This document shows positions 52,541-64,000 of a stretch of DNA of 64,000 nucleotides, piece after piece. The notes below the pieces were generated by a model. That model was not told the origin of the DNA. It searched no databases and saw nothing but the letters and a program-made list of their open reading frames with translations. Source of the stretch: Parasitella parasitica NRRL 2501 (taxonomy: Eukaryota > Fungi > Mucoromycota); the NCBI GenBank assembly GCA_025201805.1, contig MU619287.1, positions 60,541-124,540 of the forward strand. Reading direction: 5' to 3'. Positions within the stretch are counted from its first letter, which is position 1; the number at the start of each line of letters is the position of its first letter. The position numbers were made by a program, and so were the translations under genes.

Positions 52541-54814
52541 ATGTCTCCTACAATAGTTGATTTTGAGGCGAAAGGGTGGTTTTTATCTCAAGAAGGAATT
52601 GATATAATTGCTTCCGAAAACGAAGATATATCCACAATAGATGACTATATTGCATGTGCTAAAGATGTAAGACTACGTAGAACAAAACAGCCCTATTGTG
52701 GAAGCATTAACGTAATATTGTAGATGGATCTTCGGCTTTTAACTACAAAGGGGTTCAACAAAACCGCTGAAAAACCTAGTGAAATACCTAGCCCTCTTGT
52801 TTTACAAGTATTAGAAGTTCGTAATGTTGCCATGCCATCTGTCAACCAAGTAGAAACCCCAAGATTACTGAGTGTTACATTCACTGACGGAAGTAAGAAA
52901 AAGTACAAGGCCGTGGAAGCGTTGGGTAGAGTAGACTGTCTCAAGTATGTGTTGACTTTAAGTTTATCATTACGTTTGAATGCCAATCTATAATTATTGC
53001 AGGCTTCACACTCCACCTGGTACAAAATTCTTGGTCAAAAGACCCATTGAAATCAAAGATCAGATTCTCATTTTGGGTCCTGATATGTTGACAGAGTTAG
53101 GTGGGCATGTTCAGGAGTTGGTGCAAGCTTGGAGAGCTGGCAAGGTAACGACATGATATAATGAGAGGCAGAATTATGCTAATAGTTCCAAAAAGCAATT
53201 TTTGAAGCGTTACAAAGGAAAAGCAACTGCCAAAGACGGCGACGATGAACACGAACAAGGCCCTCCGCCATTTGTCCCATTTAAAGTCAAGGTAATTACA
53301 AGATAAAAGGCGGGTCGCACTTATCTCATAACTATATATAGACAAACACTATCGAACCAAAACAAAAGAAACCAGCTGTTACCAAAGACATTGTTCAAAC
53401 TAGAAACGAGAAATCAACTGACGAAAAAGGGAAGAAGGCAAAATCAGAGAATAAACAGGTCGAAAGGAAAAAGAACGATAGTAAAGCAGAAAAGAAGCGA
53501 AAAAGCGAAAATTCTCGAGAGAAATCTGTGCAAAAGAAGGACTCAATCAACGAAGGAACCGAGCAGAGCAAAGATATTGATAACAGCAAAGGAAAGGAAG
53601 ATACTTCCAAGCCAACAGTTGGCGCTAAAAAGGACAAAAAACGAAACAAAGTCGAGAAATCAGATGGATTTGATAAAAATGACTCCACTTTAGAGAAAAC
53701 GCTCCCTGAAGACGCTTCAAAGAAACCTGAAAAGAAGGAAAGACAAAATAAATCCAAAAAGAACAATGAAAAGTTAATTGAGCAAACAGAAAGTGATATC
53801 GATTTGTCGTCAGTGAAACCAAAATCTCGATCCAAGCAAACTAGAGGCAACGCTGAATCTGGTGCATCAAGCCCTACTCCTCACTCGGGAACTGCAACGC
53901 CTTCTACAATAAAAGAAAAAAAGTTGAGTAGAAAAAAGAAAGCCTCGAAGGTTCCTCAAGAACTTGACAACAAGCAAGATGTAACCTCTGACGGATGTAA
54001 TGAGTCAAAAACTATCCAGCCAAAAGAAAAAAAGCCTCGTAAGAAAAAGGCAGTAGCTTCTACGACGAAGGCTGATACCTTGAATAATGAATTGAATGTG
54101 GGTGAAGCTTCCACAGCATCTGAAAAAAAGAAAAAACCTCGAAAATCAAGCGAAAAAAAAGCAGCTTTTGAAGATAGGAATGATTATGACTATGCAAGAC
54201 AATCTGAGAAACGATCAAAAAGCAAAGCAGTGATTGATGCAGCTCTAGTTGATTCTCATACAGAGCATAAAAAGGTGGGCAATCCAAAGCTAAAACAAGA
54301 GCGGAACACGCGAGAACGAGGACAACGCAAAGACGAAAAATCAGCAACAACAGAAACACAAATTTCAGAAGAAAAACTGCATGTGCTAAAAGAAAGTTTG
54401 CATGGATCTTCAGGTTCATCGCCTGCCATTGCAAAGCGCAGTAACACTCAAGATATTGGCAATGTTTCTACTGGTGTAGGAGTTAGTCAGTCCTATTGCG
54501 ACACAAATCAACATCAAATACAACAACCCCCTCCACAGCCAGAATATCATTATCACCAACAGTCTGCTTATACGCCTATAGTAGATTACAATATGATGGT
54601 TCCTCTAGATCCAAATACGGGCCTACCAGCTGTCATGTACAGTTATCATCCTAACCTTCATCATCAGCAACAACAATACATGCAACCTATGTATTATATG
54701 ACTAGACAGCATCAGCAGCCTTATTATAACCACCAGCCTCACTATACTCAGTTATACGATCAAGACCATTACAACCATCACAATCAATATGGACAAGAGC
54801 AACTACAACAACAA

Positions 54815-54861
<47 letters not shown>

Positions 54862-54976
54862 ACAACAACAGCAACAACACGACACTGGCAACAAGAGCAA
54901 TATAAATGGGAGAAGAGGCAACGGTAGTAGAGGTAAAGATAATAGAGGCAGAGGCAGAGGAGGATTTAAATTGTAG
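52541..54976 (+). CDS. TDRD3-like RMI1_N/OB-fold protein with Lys-rich, polyQ and RG/RGG tail
   Basis: GWFLS, D|MDLR, VLQVLEVRNVAMP, PRLLSVTFTDG, TPPGTKFLV, LGGHVQELVQAW, GPPPFVPF (TDRD3-like); Q/Y/H-rich segment, polyQ, terminal RGRGRGGFKL. Confidence 0.75.
54803..54877 (+). repeat. (CAA/CAG)n coding repeat (polyQ)
   Basis: Uninterrupted Gln codon run near the end of the TDRD3-like ORF. Confidence 0.95.
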
Positions 54977-56145
54977 ACATGATATCACATTTGTATAAAA
55001 TACGTTTATATTCAGCATATGCTTGTAAATTCAAGATTTTTCCGAAATGAATGCTGCTCTGTTCAGAAGCAAGCACTCTTCTGATTAAAAGTGTAGATGT
55101 AATATAAGGCTATATCTTATTTATACTTCTGGCTGAAATTCGTTTTATCTACTGGGTATTAGAAGAACGTGCATCAACAATAGAAAAAGAAGCAACAATG
55201 AAATGTGAGCCCCAGTCATCCTACTCAGCTGTACATATGACAGAACCATCACATTTCTATTAATAGTAACCAAAGATACATGAGTACTTGAAAAGAGCTG
55301 TTTGTTGCTTATATAGAGCAATTCTGTTTAAACTATGAACATAATCATAGAGCCTAAATGTCATGTAGCTGATAACTCATTTTCTCGGAACATGGCGGTC
55401 CAGTTTCAGAGATATTGTAAAATAGGAAGCATCATTACTTTCAAGCTGGATATTGCTATTATCGAAACCAGCATAAAGTTTTTACATCCTTGGTATTTAT
55501 ATTTCTGACGGCAAATAATTTCATGTCTACAGACTTGCAATCTTTTTTCTCTCATCGACTAACCTCTCAAACTTTTGGAAAAATTACGACCTTGCAACGA
55601 ACTATAAAAATAAAGTTGATGCTCTATGAAACCACAATATATTTCAAGTATACAATCGCTCTATGATTAATAGCGCGTCTGATGCTTTCCAAGAGCGTTA
55701 TCACTCAATTTTACCCGGTTCCTGAAGCAACTCTGGCAATTTCTCCCTCTCTCTCTCTCTTTCTGGAACCCTCTATTGCCAAGTAATTGTACCCATCACC
55801 GGAATTTGACATCAAGTTCCCTAGGGATTAGCGTAACCTAAGCTTTCTTTACACTACTAGGTAGCTGACATTACAAAAAAGTTCACTGTTAATGTCTGGT
55901 GCAACATTGCGAACTACAACCATCATTTGAATGCCACCCTTCCCACTGTTATCGTACCCTTCTTCCACTTTTACCAATTGGAACGAATAATAGTATCTAA
56001 AGTTGGTTCATATGTTAAACTAGAAATTACAGCCTACAATTAACCTCAAAAGAGACTCCTCAAAATACATCTTACAAAAAATCACATAATGAAAGAACCC
56101 GGGGTTTGATCTTTAGAAATCACAAGTGATATAACAAAAGATAGT

Positions 56146-58089
56146 ATGCCAAAGCGTCCGTCCCCTGATTCTGATCAAAATATGGCAGGCCCTAGCCGCT
56201 AGGATACCAAGCGTTGTGCTTCGTACCATATATTGGGTCATTCGGGAAAATCACATAAATCATGTCCTAGCAATCCAAAAACCAGTGGTATCCCTATAAA
56301 TGATACAAGTCCCGAAGCTCAATCTGTTAGAGAAAGCGACATAACCCCCACACCTCAAGTCAGCGTTACTAGATGTGCCTCATGTCAGCAATTTGGGCAT
56401 TCAAGAAGTACACACAGCCCTTGCCTTAATAATCCAACAAATAACCTGAATCCTTCCGAAAGCACAACAGGCTCCGCTGACCCAACAAACTTTACACGTC
56501 GTTTAAGAGCAGCAAATGATTTTGGCACACGAAATAGTGCAAAAGATCCCGCAAGGTTGCTCACTGAGAGAGACGACCGTGGCCGTATGAACGTGGAGTG
56601 TACTGGCGATGTGAATGGTTGAGAGAATCAAAACATCATCTAATACCAACCCTGGATTTCAAATATGCTGTGCAAACAGCTCTTTCAAGCTGACACCTTT
56701 TAAGCTAGCACCACCTGTAGTTGCTGATTTGCTAACAAGATTAACAAGCGAGCTTAGAAAGTTCAGAAACAGTATAAGGTCGTATAACAGTCTTTTGAGT
56801 TTTTCTTCAATGGGAGTTAATAAAAAAAAACAATTCAGACTGCAAGAGAGCAAGAGATCTCGAGACAAGTTAATCTAGTTGGTGGTGTATACATCTTTAA
56901 ATTGCGCGGAAATGCGTACCGTTTAATGGCTAGTGATTTACCTGCGGCTGGAGAACGTCCAACATTCTCTCAGATATACATTTATGATGCTGATGATGAG
57001 TTGGACAATCGTTATGCTCATGAAAGCCATATTTCGAGAAATACATTGAGAAGACTACACGTATTGATGCATGAGATAAATTCATTTGTAGAGCATTACA
57101 GGTACATGTCCCAAATTGCCGATGAGATAGCAGATGAGCAGCAAACTAATAATGTGGGAATTTAGAGACTTCCCAACCTCAAGCTAATCTTCCGTGCGGA
57201 TGGTGCTCCAGATAGGAGGAGATATAACATGCCAACGAGTACAGAAGAGCTTGCGAATCAACAGCAAACTTTTGCCAATTATCTTTTGCGTGTTGGCAAT
57301 GATTTTGCTCCTGCTGCTGATACTGATTATATAACCATGTCTTTGGATATGGTGATTCCTGGTACCAACATGCATTCTCTTGTCAATAGCGCGCTCCCAC
57401 TTTTGGGTTCAGCGGGTGCTGACACGACATCCCGTCCCTTGGGTAGACATGCTCACTAACTCAATTTTTATGATACCAATAAATACCGATGTCCAGATTT
57501 TAAATAATATCATGCTTGCTCAAATTCCTGGTCAAGAGTTCAAATATCGTAGTGCTGATAAATGTTCCTCTGAAGTAGCTGAAGTACAGTATCCCTCAGA
57601 AATGATGCACAACATTGACGTTGGTGGTATTCCTCCTCATCTACTAAAACTTAAACTGCATTGTCCTATCATCCTGCTGAGAAATACCAGCCCATCTACC
57701 TGGTACAAGATTGATTAATAGAGGCCCTCCTCCCAAATGTTATTTCTGCAAGAATTATCTCAGGTTGTAAAATTGGTGATGTGATTCTTATTCCAAAAAT
57801 CTCTTTAAATTTACCTGATGAGTCCCCTATCAACTTCTGAAAACATCAATTTTCAATTAGGCTTGCCTTCGCAATGTCTGTAAACAAGGCTCAAGGAGAA
57901 ACTTTGCAAAAGGTGAGTTTATACCTTCCAAAGCCTGTATTTTCTCATGGCCAATTATACATTGCTCTCTCGAGAGCCCAAAACCCTAGCTCTATAAAAG
58001 TTCTCATAGAGCAATCTGAAGATGAGAAGAAAAAACGAATTCCACCCAATTTCACGAGAAATGTCGTCTTTACTAAAGTCTTCCTTTAA
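56146..58089 (+). mobile_element. Decayed, internally deleted Helitron (Rep/PIF1 helicase remnants)
   Basis: Zinc-knuckle-like CASCQQFGHSR; FQICC; FRNSIRSYNSLLSFSSMG; PTFSQIYIYD; RRYNMPT; GIPPHLLKLKLHCPIILLRN; AMSVNKAQGETL..PVFSHGQLYIALSR; TRNVVF; many stops and frameshifts. Confidence 0.9.
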
Positions 58090-58094
58090 TGGCA

Positions 58095-58650
58095 GTACAA
58101 TCAAGGTGTTGCCTCCGTTCCAGCCTCCAATGTGATATGGTTTTCCGATAAAATAGAGTTTTGTATCTTGGTACTGGTATGCTTCTTCATTGTTGGCTTG
58201 TAGTAATAACGCTCAAAATTGTTTGTCTTCAAACTCCAATTTGCGTGTATTTTGACATCGTCAATGTCAAATCTCACTTTTCAACTGCTTTTGTGCTGGC
58301 GGTAGACCTGATTGAGTGCGCCTTGAAGACCTTCGTGTCAACGCCTGCCTTTCCCATGATTCTTTTTGACCCATTCAATATGGTTGCTGGCCTGATTGAT
58401 CTTGTCTTCTCGCTATTATTTATGTACGACAGGAATAGGGTATGGTCATTTGGTAGCCCTTCTCTGATGCTTCTTGCTTTTTCATAAATAACTGCATTGT
58501 CCAAACTGGACAACTCGCTTTATCTTGCATATTTCCTATTATTGACATTTTGACCTGTGCTTCTTTTGGCTCTCTGAAAAACAACCTGACAGCTTCCAAT
58601 TTTCCTTCTTCTATTACAAATTCAATGTCTTGGTGTTTTAATCAACCCAC
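58095..58650 (-). mobile_element. Tyrosine-recombinase remnant of a DIRS-type retrotransposon
   Basis: PKEAQVK, TLFLSYI, IMGKAGVDTKVFKAHSIRSTASTKAVEK, then frameshifted VKIHANWSLKTNNFERYYYKP (H-x-x-R and catalytic Tyr region). Confidence 0.8.
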
Positions 58651-58739
58651 ATCTGAAGCTGGTCTAGGGGTGCATGGAAAGCTAATCCCTTTTTGGGCAA
58701 TTTCCCTTCCTATCGCTCGGGTCTCGCCTAGCACATAAC

Positions 58740-61250
58740 GAAGACTGTGCATGCGTGGCAACATTTGGATTCACAGGATACCGTGACAGCCATGAAGATT
58801 TGGGATGAACTCAAGGAGGAGATCAAGACGTTCACCAGATTTCTCCAGCTGGTTCGAGAATCCTGGCGCCACAAGTCGATCAATAAGCTGCAATCTAAGC
58901 GCAACCGAATCGTAAGAGATTACAAGAACACTGGGATCCTATCGCTGCTACTACCCTCTTTGGAGGCCCTGCTTGGGAAGCTTCAAGAAGAACAAGCCCG
59001 AGATTGGTGTGCTCAAGGCAGGTAAATTTTGGAGAGAGAATAATGAGAAATCTGCAGGAGTCTTCAAGCGTCTAGCTGATATCCGTGCTTCACAGCGCGA
59101 GATTCCTCCCTTGCACAACAAGGAAACCGGCGCCCTCACAACCTCTCATGATGAGTAGGTCGAGGTGATCCACCAGCTCTACAACCAACTATACGCTCCT
59201 TCTGCTCTCTTCCGACACAGCTCGCGATGTACAACGGGACTTGTCGCCTGAGCAGCAGACTGCACTACTAGCTCCAATTGAGATTGAAGAGATCATTGGG
59301 CTCTCCGGGCGTGCCTCACGCACAAGCTCTCCTGGCGTAGATGGGTTGTCGTACGGCATCCTTCGCCTCTTTTAAAGCGCCTTGCTGTTGCTCTGCTGGC
59401 GACGACTGTCTACAAAGCCGCTTTGAAGGAAGCGTGCCTCCCAGCAATATGGTCTCTCTCGTTAATGACTTTGATCTTAAAGAAAAGTGATTCTTCGCAG
59501 TTGATAAATCTGCGTCCCATACAACTGGTTTGTATGGACAGTAAAATTTTTACGGGGACTCTCAACAGTTGCATTATGGGAGTCGCCAATCAGATCATCA
59601 ATCCCTACCAATTGGGCTTTATGCCTGGCAAGTATATCGACTAAAATGGCTTGATGGTGCAAATGATTCTGAAAAACGCTTCCTGCTTTTACGATGAGCT
59701 CGACGACCACCACCTTGGCTTGTTGTTCGACCAACAGAAAGTCTATGACCGTGTCAATCTCGAGTATCTGGAAACTGTACTGCTCCACTATGGGTTTCCA
59801 ATAGATCTTGTGCGGACGTTGTACGTATTGTTTAATACAACCGCATTCGTACCAAATGTCAACGGAGTGGTGTCTACTCGTGAGGTCTTGAATCTGCGTG
59901 GGTTGAATCAGGGTGATCCTATCTCTTGTATCTTGTACAATTTTTCTTTGGAGCTTTTGCTTCGCTCTATCTTGGACGACCCGCTCTTTCATGTCTATCA
60001 TTTCTACGACAAGCATGCTGTGCCTTATGTAGCAAGTTTGCCGCCTATCAAGCTGCTGTGTTATGTTGATGACACGCTGGTGTTCCTTCAAGCTGTACAA
60101 CAAATTGTGTCCTCCTTTGTCAGCATCAATTTCAGCCCAAGGCTCCGCTGGCAGCTTATTGTTACAGCCAAGAAACACGGTGGTCTTGGTGTGCTCAACC
60201 CCACCATCCAGCAAAAGGCGCTGGACTATCGCTCGATCTACCTGTTTTTGTTCTCTCGTGCTTCGTCGTCGTCTGTGCTGCTCATGATCGTAACATTCTG
60301 GACGGCCCACATCTTCCCCTGCTGCTCCTTTTTCCGGATGCTCGCCGGTCGCTAGCTGGGTCTCCTTTGTCCGCTACCTCCGTGTTACTGCGCTCTGTAG
60401 GCAGTTTTCCGCGTGCTTTTTCGTCTGCCAGCGCCAATATTTTGGTTTGTTTACTGCTGCCTATCTTGTCCACGCTCACCACTGATTCTGGCTGTCGCCC
60501 CAAGCCTACTTCTCGGTTGCATCGTGCCAAGGTCTCTGATCTATTCAAGTACTGCCCTATTGGTCATTACTTGCTGCCCAAAACGCCATCAGAGCTAGGG
60601 CCTGCTTTCCAGCACATTGCTGCCCGATTTGCCAAGAACACTCAGACAGGGCGCGCTACATTCGAGCCCTTCTTTGTATGCTGCTTCCATCCTTCTGCTC
60701 TTGATCTCCATGACGCCGCTGATCGTGCCACTATCCAGTCCACGCTGCACTTTTCCGCCTTCATGTCGAGTCTGGGTGTGTCCTCCTCCCTTTTGCAAAT
60801 CGACGAACCTAAGCACCAAACAAAACACTTTCGTCAGTTGCTAGTGGATGCTTCTAGTCGTCTTATCAGCTCCTTGTTGGCCTCTGCCGCTGCCTGGTCT
60901 CGTTTTTGGACGCTGTCTTTACGCTTGTCCAACGCAATGAGACATATCGCTGGCTGCATAGCAAGGCGAATACGCGAGCCCGACTGTCACTGTATGATCC
61001 CCTGGTCTATCAACCTGGCTGCCTCTTCGAACATCTGTTTTTCGAGTGCCCGTCCAAGTTTGCCTTCTGGATCACACTGATTCAAGAATTTCTTTGTCTT
61101 GTCCTTACGAGCCCGTTATTATCTCCATTATTGCCATCTCCGACTTATCATTCAAGGCCAACGATTTCACCCTGCAAATGTTTTTGCTTGCACCTCCACT
61201 GCTCTTCCAAAACGTTTTGCTGAGGACCATCTCTCGGAGCTTGAGTAGCA
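58740..61250 (+). mobile_element. 5'-truncated, decayed L1/Tx1-like non-LTR retrotransposon ORF2
   Basis: KAGKFWRENNEKSAGVFKR, SSPGVDGLSY, NLRPIQLVCMDSKIF, QLGFMPGKYI, LFDQQKVYDRV, GLNQGDPIS, CYVDD, HGGLGVLNP, EHLFFEC; stops and frameshifts; no endonuclease domain. Confidence 0.9.
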
Positions 61251-62866
61251 GATGGTATTTTTTTATGTTCTTTCTTCTTCTGTTTTTCTTTGTTTTTGTT
61301 AGCCTCTTAATATGCTTTTCCTTTTATTTTAATTTTTAATCATTTTTGTATATCCTTGTTGAGCACCGCAACAAATAAAGCTCTTTTTTTTTTTTTTTTT
61401 TTTTTTTGAAAAAAAGGAAATCATCAGTTTGTACCAAGCAGACTAAAAGACAATGCCAATGAAAACAGCAACCTCAATGCTAAACAAGAGTCAGCTAGTG
61501 CTGCCTGGCATTTTTTTTTATAAGGGCTTCTTAGACAATTTTTAAAAACAACGTTAAGATCATAAAGGAATGAAGCTCTTAAATCAAGTGCTACAACTCA
61601 AGCGACATGGCTTTCGAGTTGGCCAGTAAAGCACATCAATGACAATGTTACAAGCGCTACATACTAATTTCTAGCTCAAAAGGTTGTGCGTAGTCGTCAC
61701 TTTTTTTGATTGTGGAATTATATAGCAAGCTATTGTGCCGAATACAACTAAATAATATTCGTGCATTTGCACGCATTTTTACATCATGCATTGGGATAAT
61801 TCAAATGATGATCTTGGTCTTTGTAACATATCAAAAGTTACACATACATTGGATATGAAACATCATCAAGATCTTGGATAAATCAGGCTTTGTTGCGTTG
61901 TTCATTATGATTTACATTTAAGGTAATCCGAGCCATTAACTCAATCTTTATTGTTGTTTTTTGTTATTAATTCTCGTGTGCCGTTTTTACGATATAGCAG
62001 AAAAACTTTTAGATAAACTTTAACATATTCCAAGCACTTGATCGCATATAATTGCGCATGCTTATATGCGTTCTATGTATTGAATGAATCTCTGCATTTA
62101 TATATGTACAAATTAGTAGACAAATGAAGAAATCCATTGTTTGTTACACTCAATCATGCACAACAGCAAAAAGTATTAAGGCGTTTTTGTAGCCTAAATC
62201 AAGTAATACATTTCACTTTTGGTGGAATGCTCAAGATGTATGATATTTTGATTTGTTTCTTGGGATCCACTCAAAACAATTTTTTTTTGACAATTTAGAT
62301 GCACAGGGCAATCATTTCTATCTCGAAAAGACAATTTGTTTTAATAAATAACAACAAAAACAAGATGGGTTACACTGTATCACATCATTAATTACAGTTT
62401 AAAATTCAAGCATACAGATAGGCAAGTTTTATGATTGATGAACCCCATTCGACGCCTATCAAATACCGAATGAAGCCAGCTACTATGCAATGACTCTATT
62501 ATAAACCTGATCCAGCACGTAAGCATTGATATTGATCTCGGTATGAATTATCCAAAGTAGCCATCAAAGCAAATCCATTATAACAGTCGGAATGGGGCTC
62601 TTTTTGGCAGCACATTTGAATTAACACACAACCCAAATTTGGCATGAAGAAATCAGAAAGCTTTATTCTTTAAAAAACATAAAAGAGACAGATAAACGCA
62701 TTTACGTACGTGGAATCAAATTGATCAATCTTTATTAAGAGATAAAAAGCGTTCTCTCGTCAGACTGACTACGTACAAAATGATTCAGGATGGTTGCATC
62801 AAAAGCTCGGCGGCTGATTTCCGACTACAACAAAAAAAACTTTGACCCCCCCCCCCTTTTTTTTTT

Positions 62867-62901
62867 NNNNNNNNNNNNNNNNNNNNNNNNNNNNNNNNNN
62901 N
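62867..62901. other. Assembly gap (N run)
   Basis: Short N run after C/T homopolymers. Confidence 1.
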
Positions 62902-62967
62902 ATATTTGTTTTCCTGCTCATTTCTTTTTCTCTCTCTTTTTAATCTAAAAAAACTAGTATTTATAGC

Positions 62968-63811
62968 ATGGATAATTCTGATAAAACAAATCCAAACTTA
63001 TCACATTCTGACCACTCGTCAGAAGAAATTGTAAACGGCAACAATAAAAGACTTCGTATCAAATCGCACGAAGGTAAATTCTTCATTTGCAAGTGTTTCA
63101 TGTAATATTAACATGCTTGCAGTCGTAAATAAGCCTAAAAGAAAGAGAATAACACCATATCAATTCACAATACTATCGGATTTATTTGCAAGTACTGATA
63201 CGCCTAATTACCAATTAAGAGAAAATACAGCTTCCAAATTAAATATGACGAACCGTGAAGTACAGGTATTTTTGTTTATTTGCGCATGTGAATGCTGAAT
63301 TAATAATAAAAATTAAAAGGTTTGGTTTCAAAATCGACGTGCCAAAGTAAATCGTGGTCGTTTGCAAGAACAAAGAAGACATGATCCATTTATATATCCC
63401 ATCTGTTGGACACCTCCACCAGATCAGCAGCAGCAGCAGCAGCAACAGCAACAACCACAACAACATCAACATCATCATCATTATCCGCCACTCTATCATC
63501 CACATCACAATCCATCCTTAGCCTCCGCTCAGGCAGAGCAACAGCAATCGAAACACCAGCATCCCGTTGAGGTAGATCATAAACTCATGAACACAAGCTT
63601 CAACAAGATGTCATTTGGCGAAGAGCAGACTTATGATAGTCAATCCAGTGTAACATCGTCCAATTCATCTACACCCACACTTTATCCCCAATTATCACCG
63701 CACATGAGACCAATAGATATTTTAGCTCTTGCAGCAGAATATGTACAGCGATGCGACGAAGAAAAACGATTGACAGAAGAAAGAAGAAAATGCTGGCGAC
63801 CTTGGGATTAA
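62968..63811 (+). CDS. Homeodomain transcription factor (2 introns)
   Basis: KPKRKRITPYQF..LF..TDTP..RE..A..LNMTNREVQ|VWFQNRRAK; polyQ/His tract; ends CWRPWD*. Confidence 0.92.
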
Positions 63812-64000
63812 GTCCTGGTTGGCTTACTTTATGATAAGCAAAAAAAAGATAAAAGCATGATACAGTCTTAATATAATAATAATATCCTGCAGTTGTAAAT
63901 AGTATCGTTTATGAAACTGGCTCAACACACTGTTGCTAAATAAAAATAGCAGATGGTTTTTGCCGCCTCATTGTGTTACCTACACTATAAAAGAAAAAAA

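Noticed and set aside
61384-61407. Poly-T run as the LINE tail
   Set aside because: Wrong polarity for a + strand LINE, and homopolymers are common throughout the window.
1-64000. tRNA, rRNA, CRISPR array or mating-type (sexP/sexM) locus
   Set aside because: No cloverleaf, rRNA-like sequence, repeat-spacer array, or HMG/tptA/rnhA genes recognised by eye.

Overview
Intron-rich fungal genomic DNA, most consistent with a Mucorales mould (short GT-AG introns, AT-rich intergenic DNA, Mucorales-type gene families and transposons; taxon is inferred, not searched). About 22 protein-coding genes: nicotinamide riboside kinase, PPR protein, Kelch-type membrane protein, chitin deacetylase, an orphan, a bacterial-type L-lactate permease, cytochrome P450, RMI1, TenA-family protein, cytochrome b5, cyclin Y-like protein, MCM10, a GRF-zinc-finger/SMARCAL1-like SNF2 protein, a cellular RNA-dependent RNA polymerase, PIF1, two tandem PTR2 peptide transporters, a coiled-coil orphan, MVD1/ERG19, a TDRD3-like OB-fold protein and a homeodomain factor. 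There is also a transposon graveyard at 56-61 kb (Helitron, DIRS-type tyrosine recombinase, L1-like LINE) and three assembly gaps. The best candidate for an undescribed system is at 29-41 kb. A SMARCAL1-like protein with an added GRF zinc finger and degenerate ATPase motifs sits head-to-head (~400 bp) with an RNAi-type RdRP whose catalytic loop reads DPDED rather than DxDGD, and the pair is flanked by MCM10 and PIF1. Exon boundaries were assembled by eye, and no database searches were run. No tRNA, rRNA or CRISPR array was seen.
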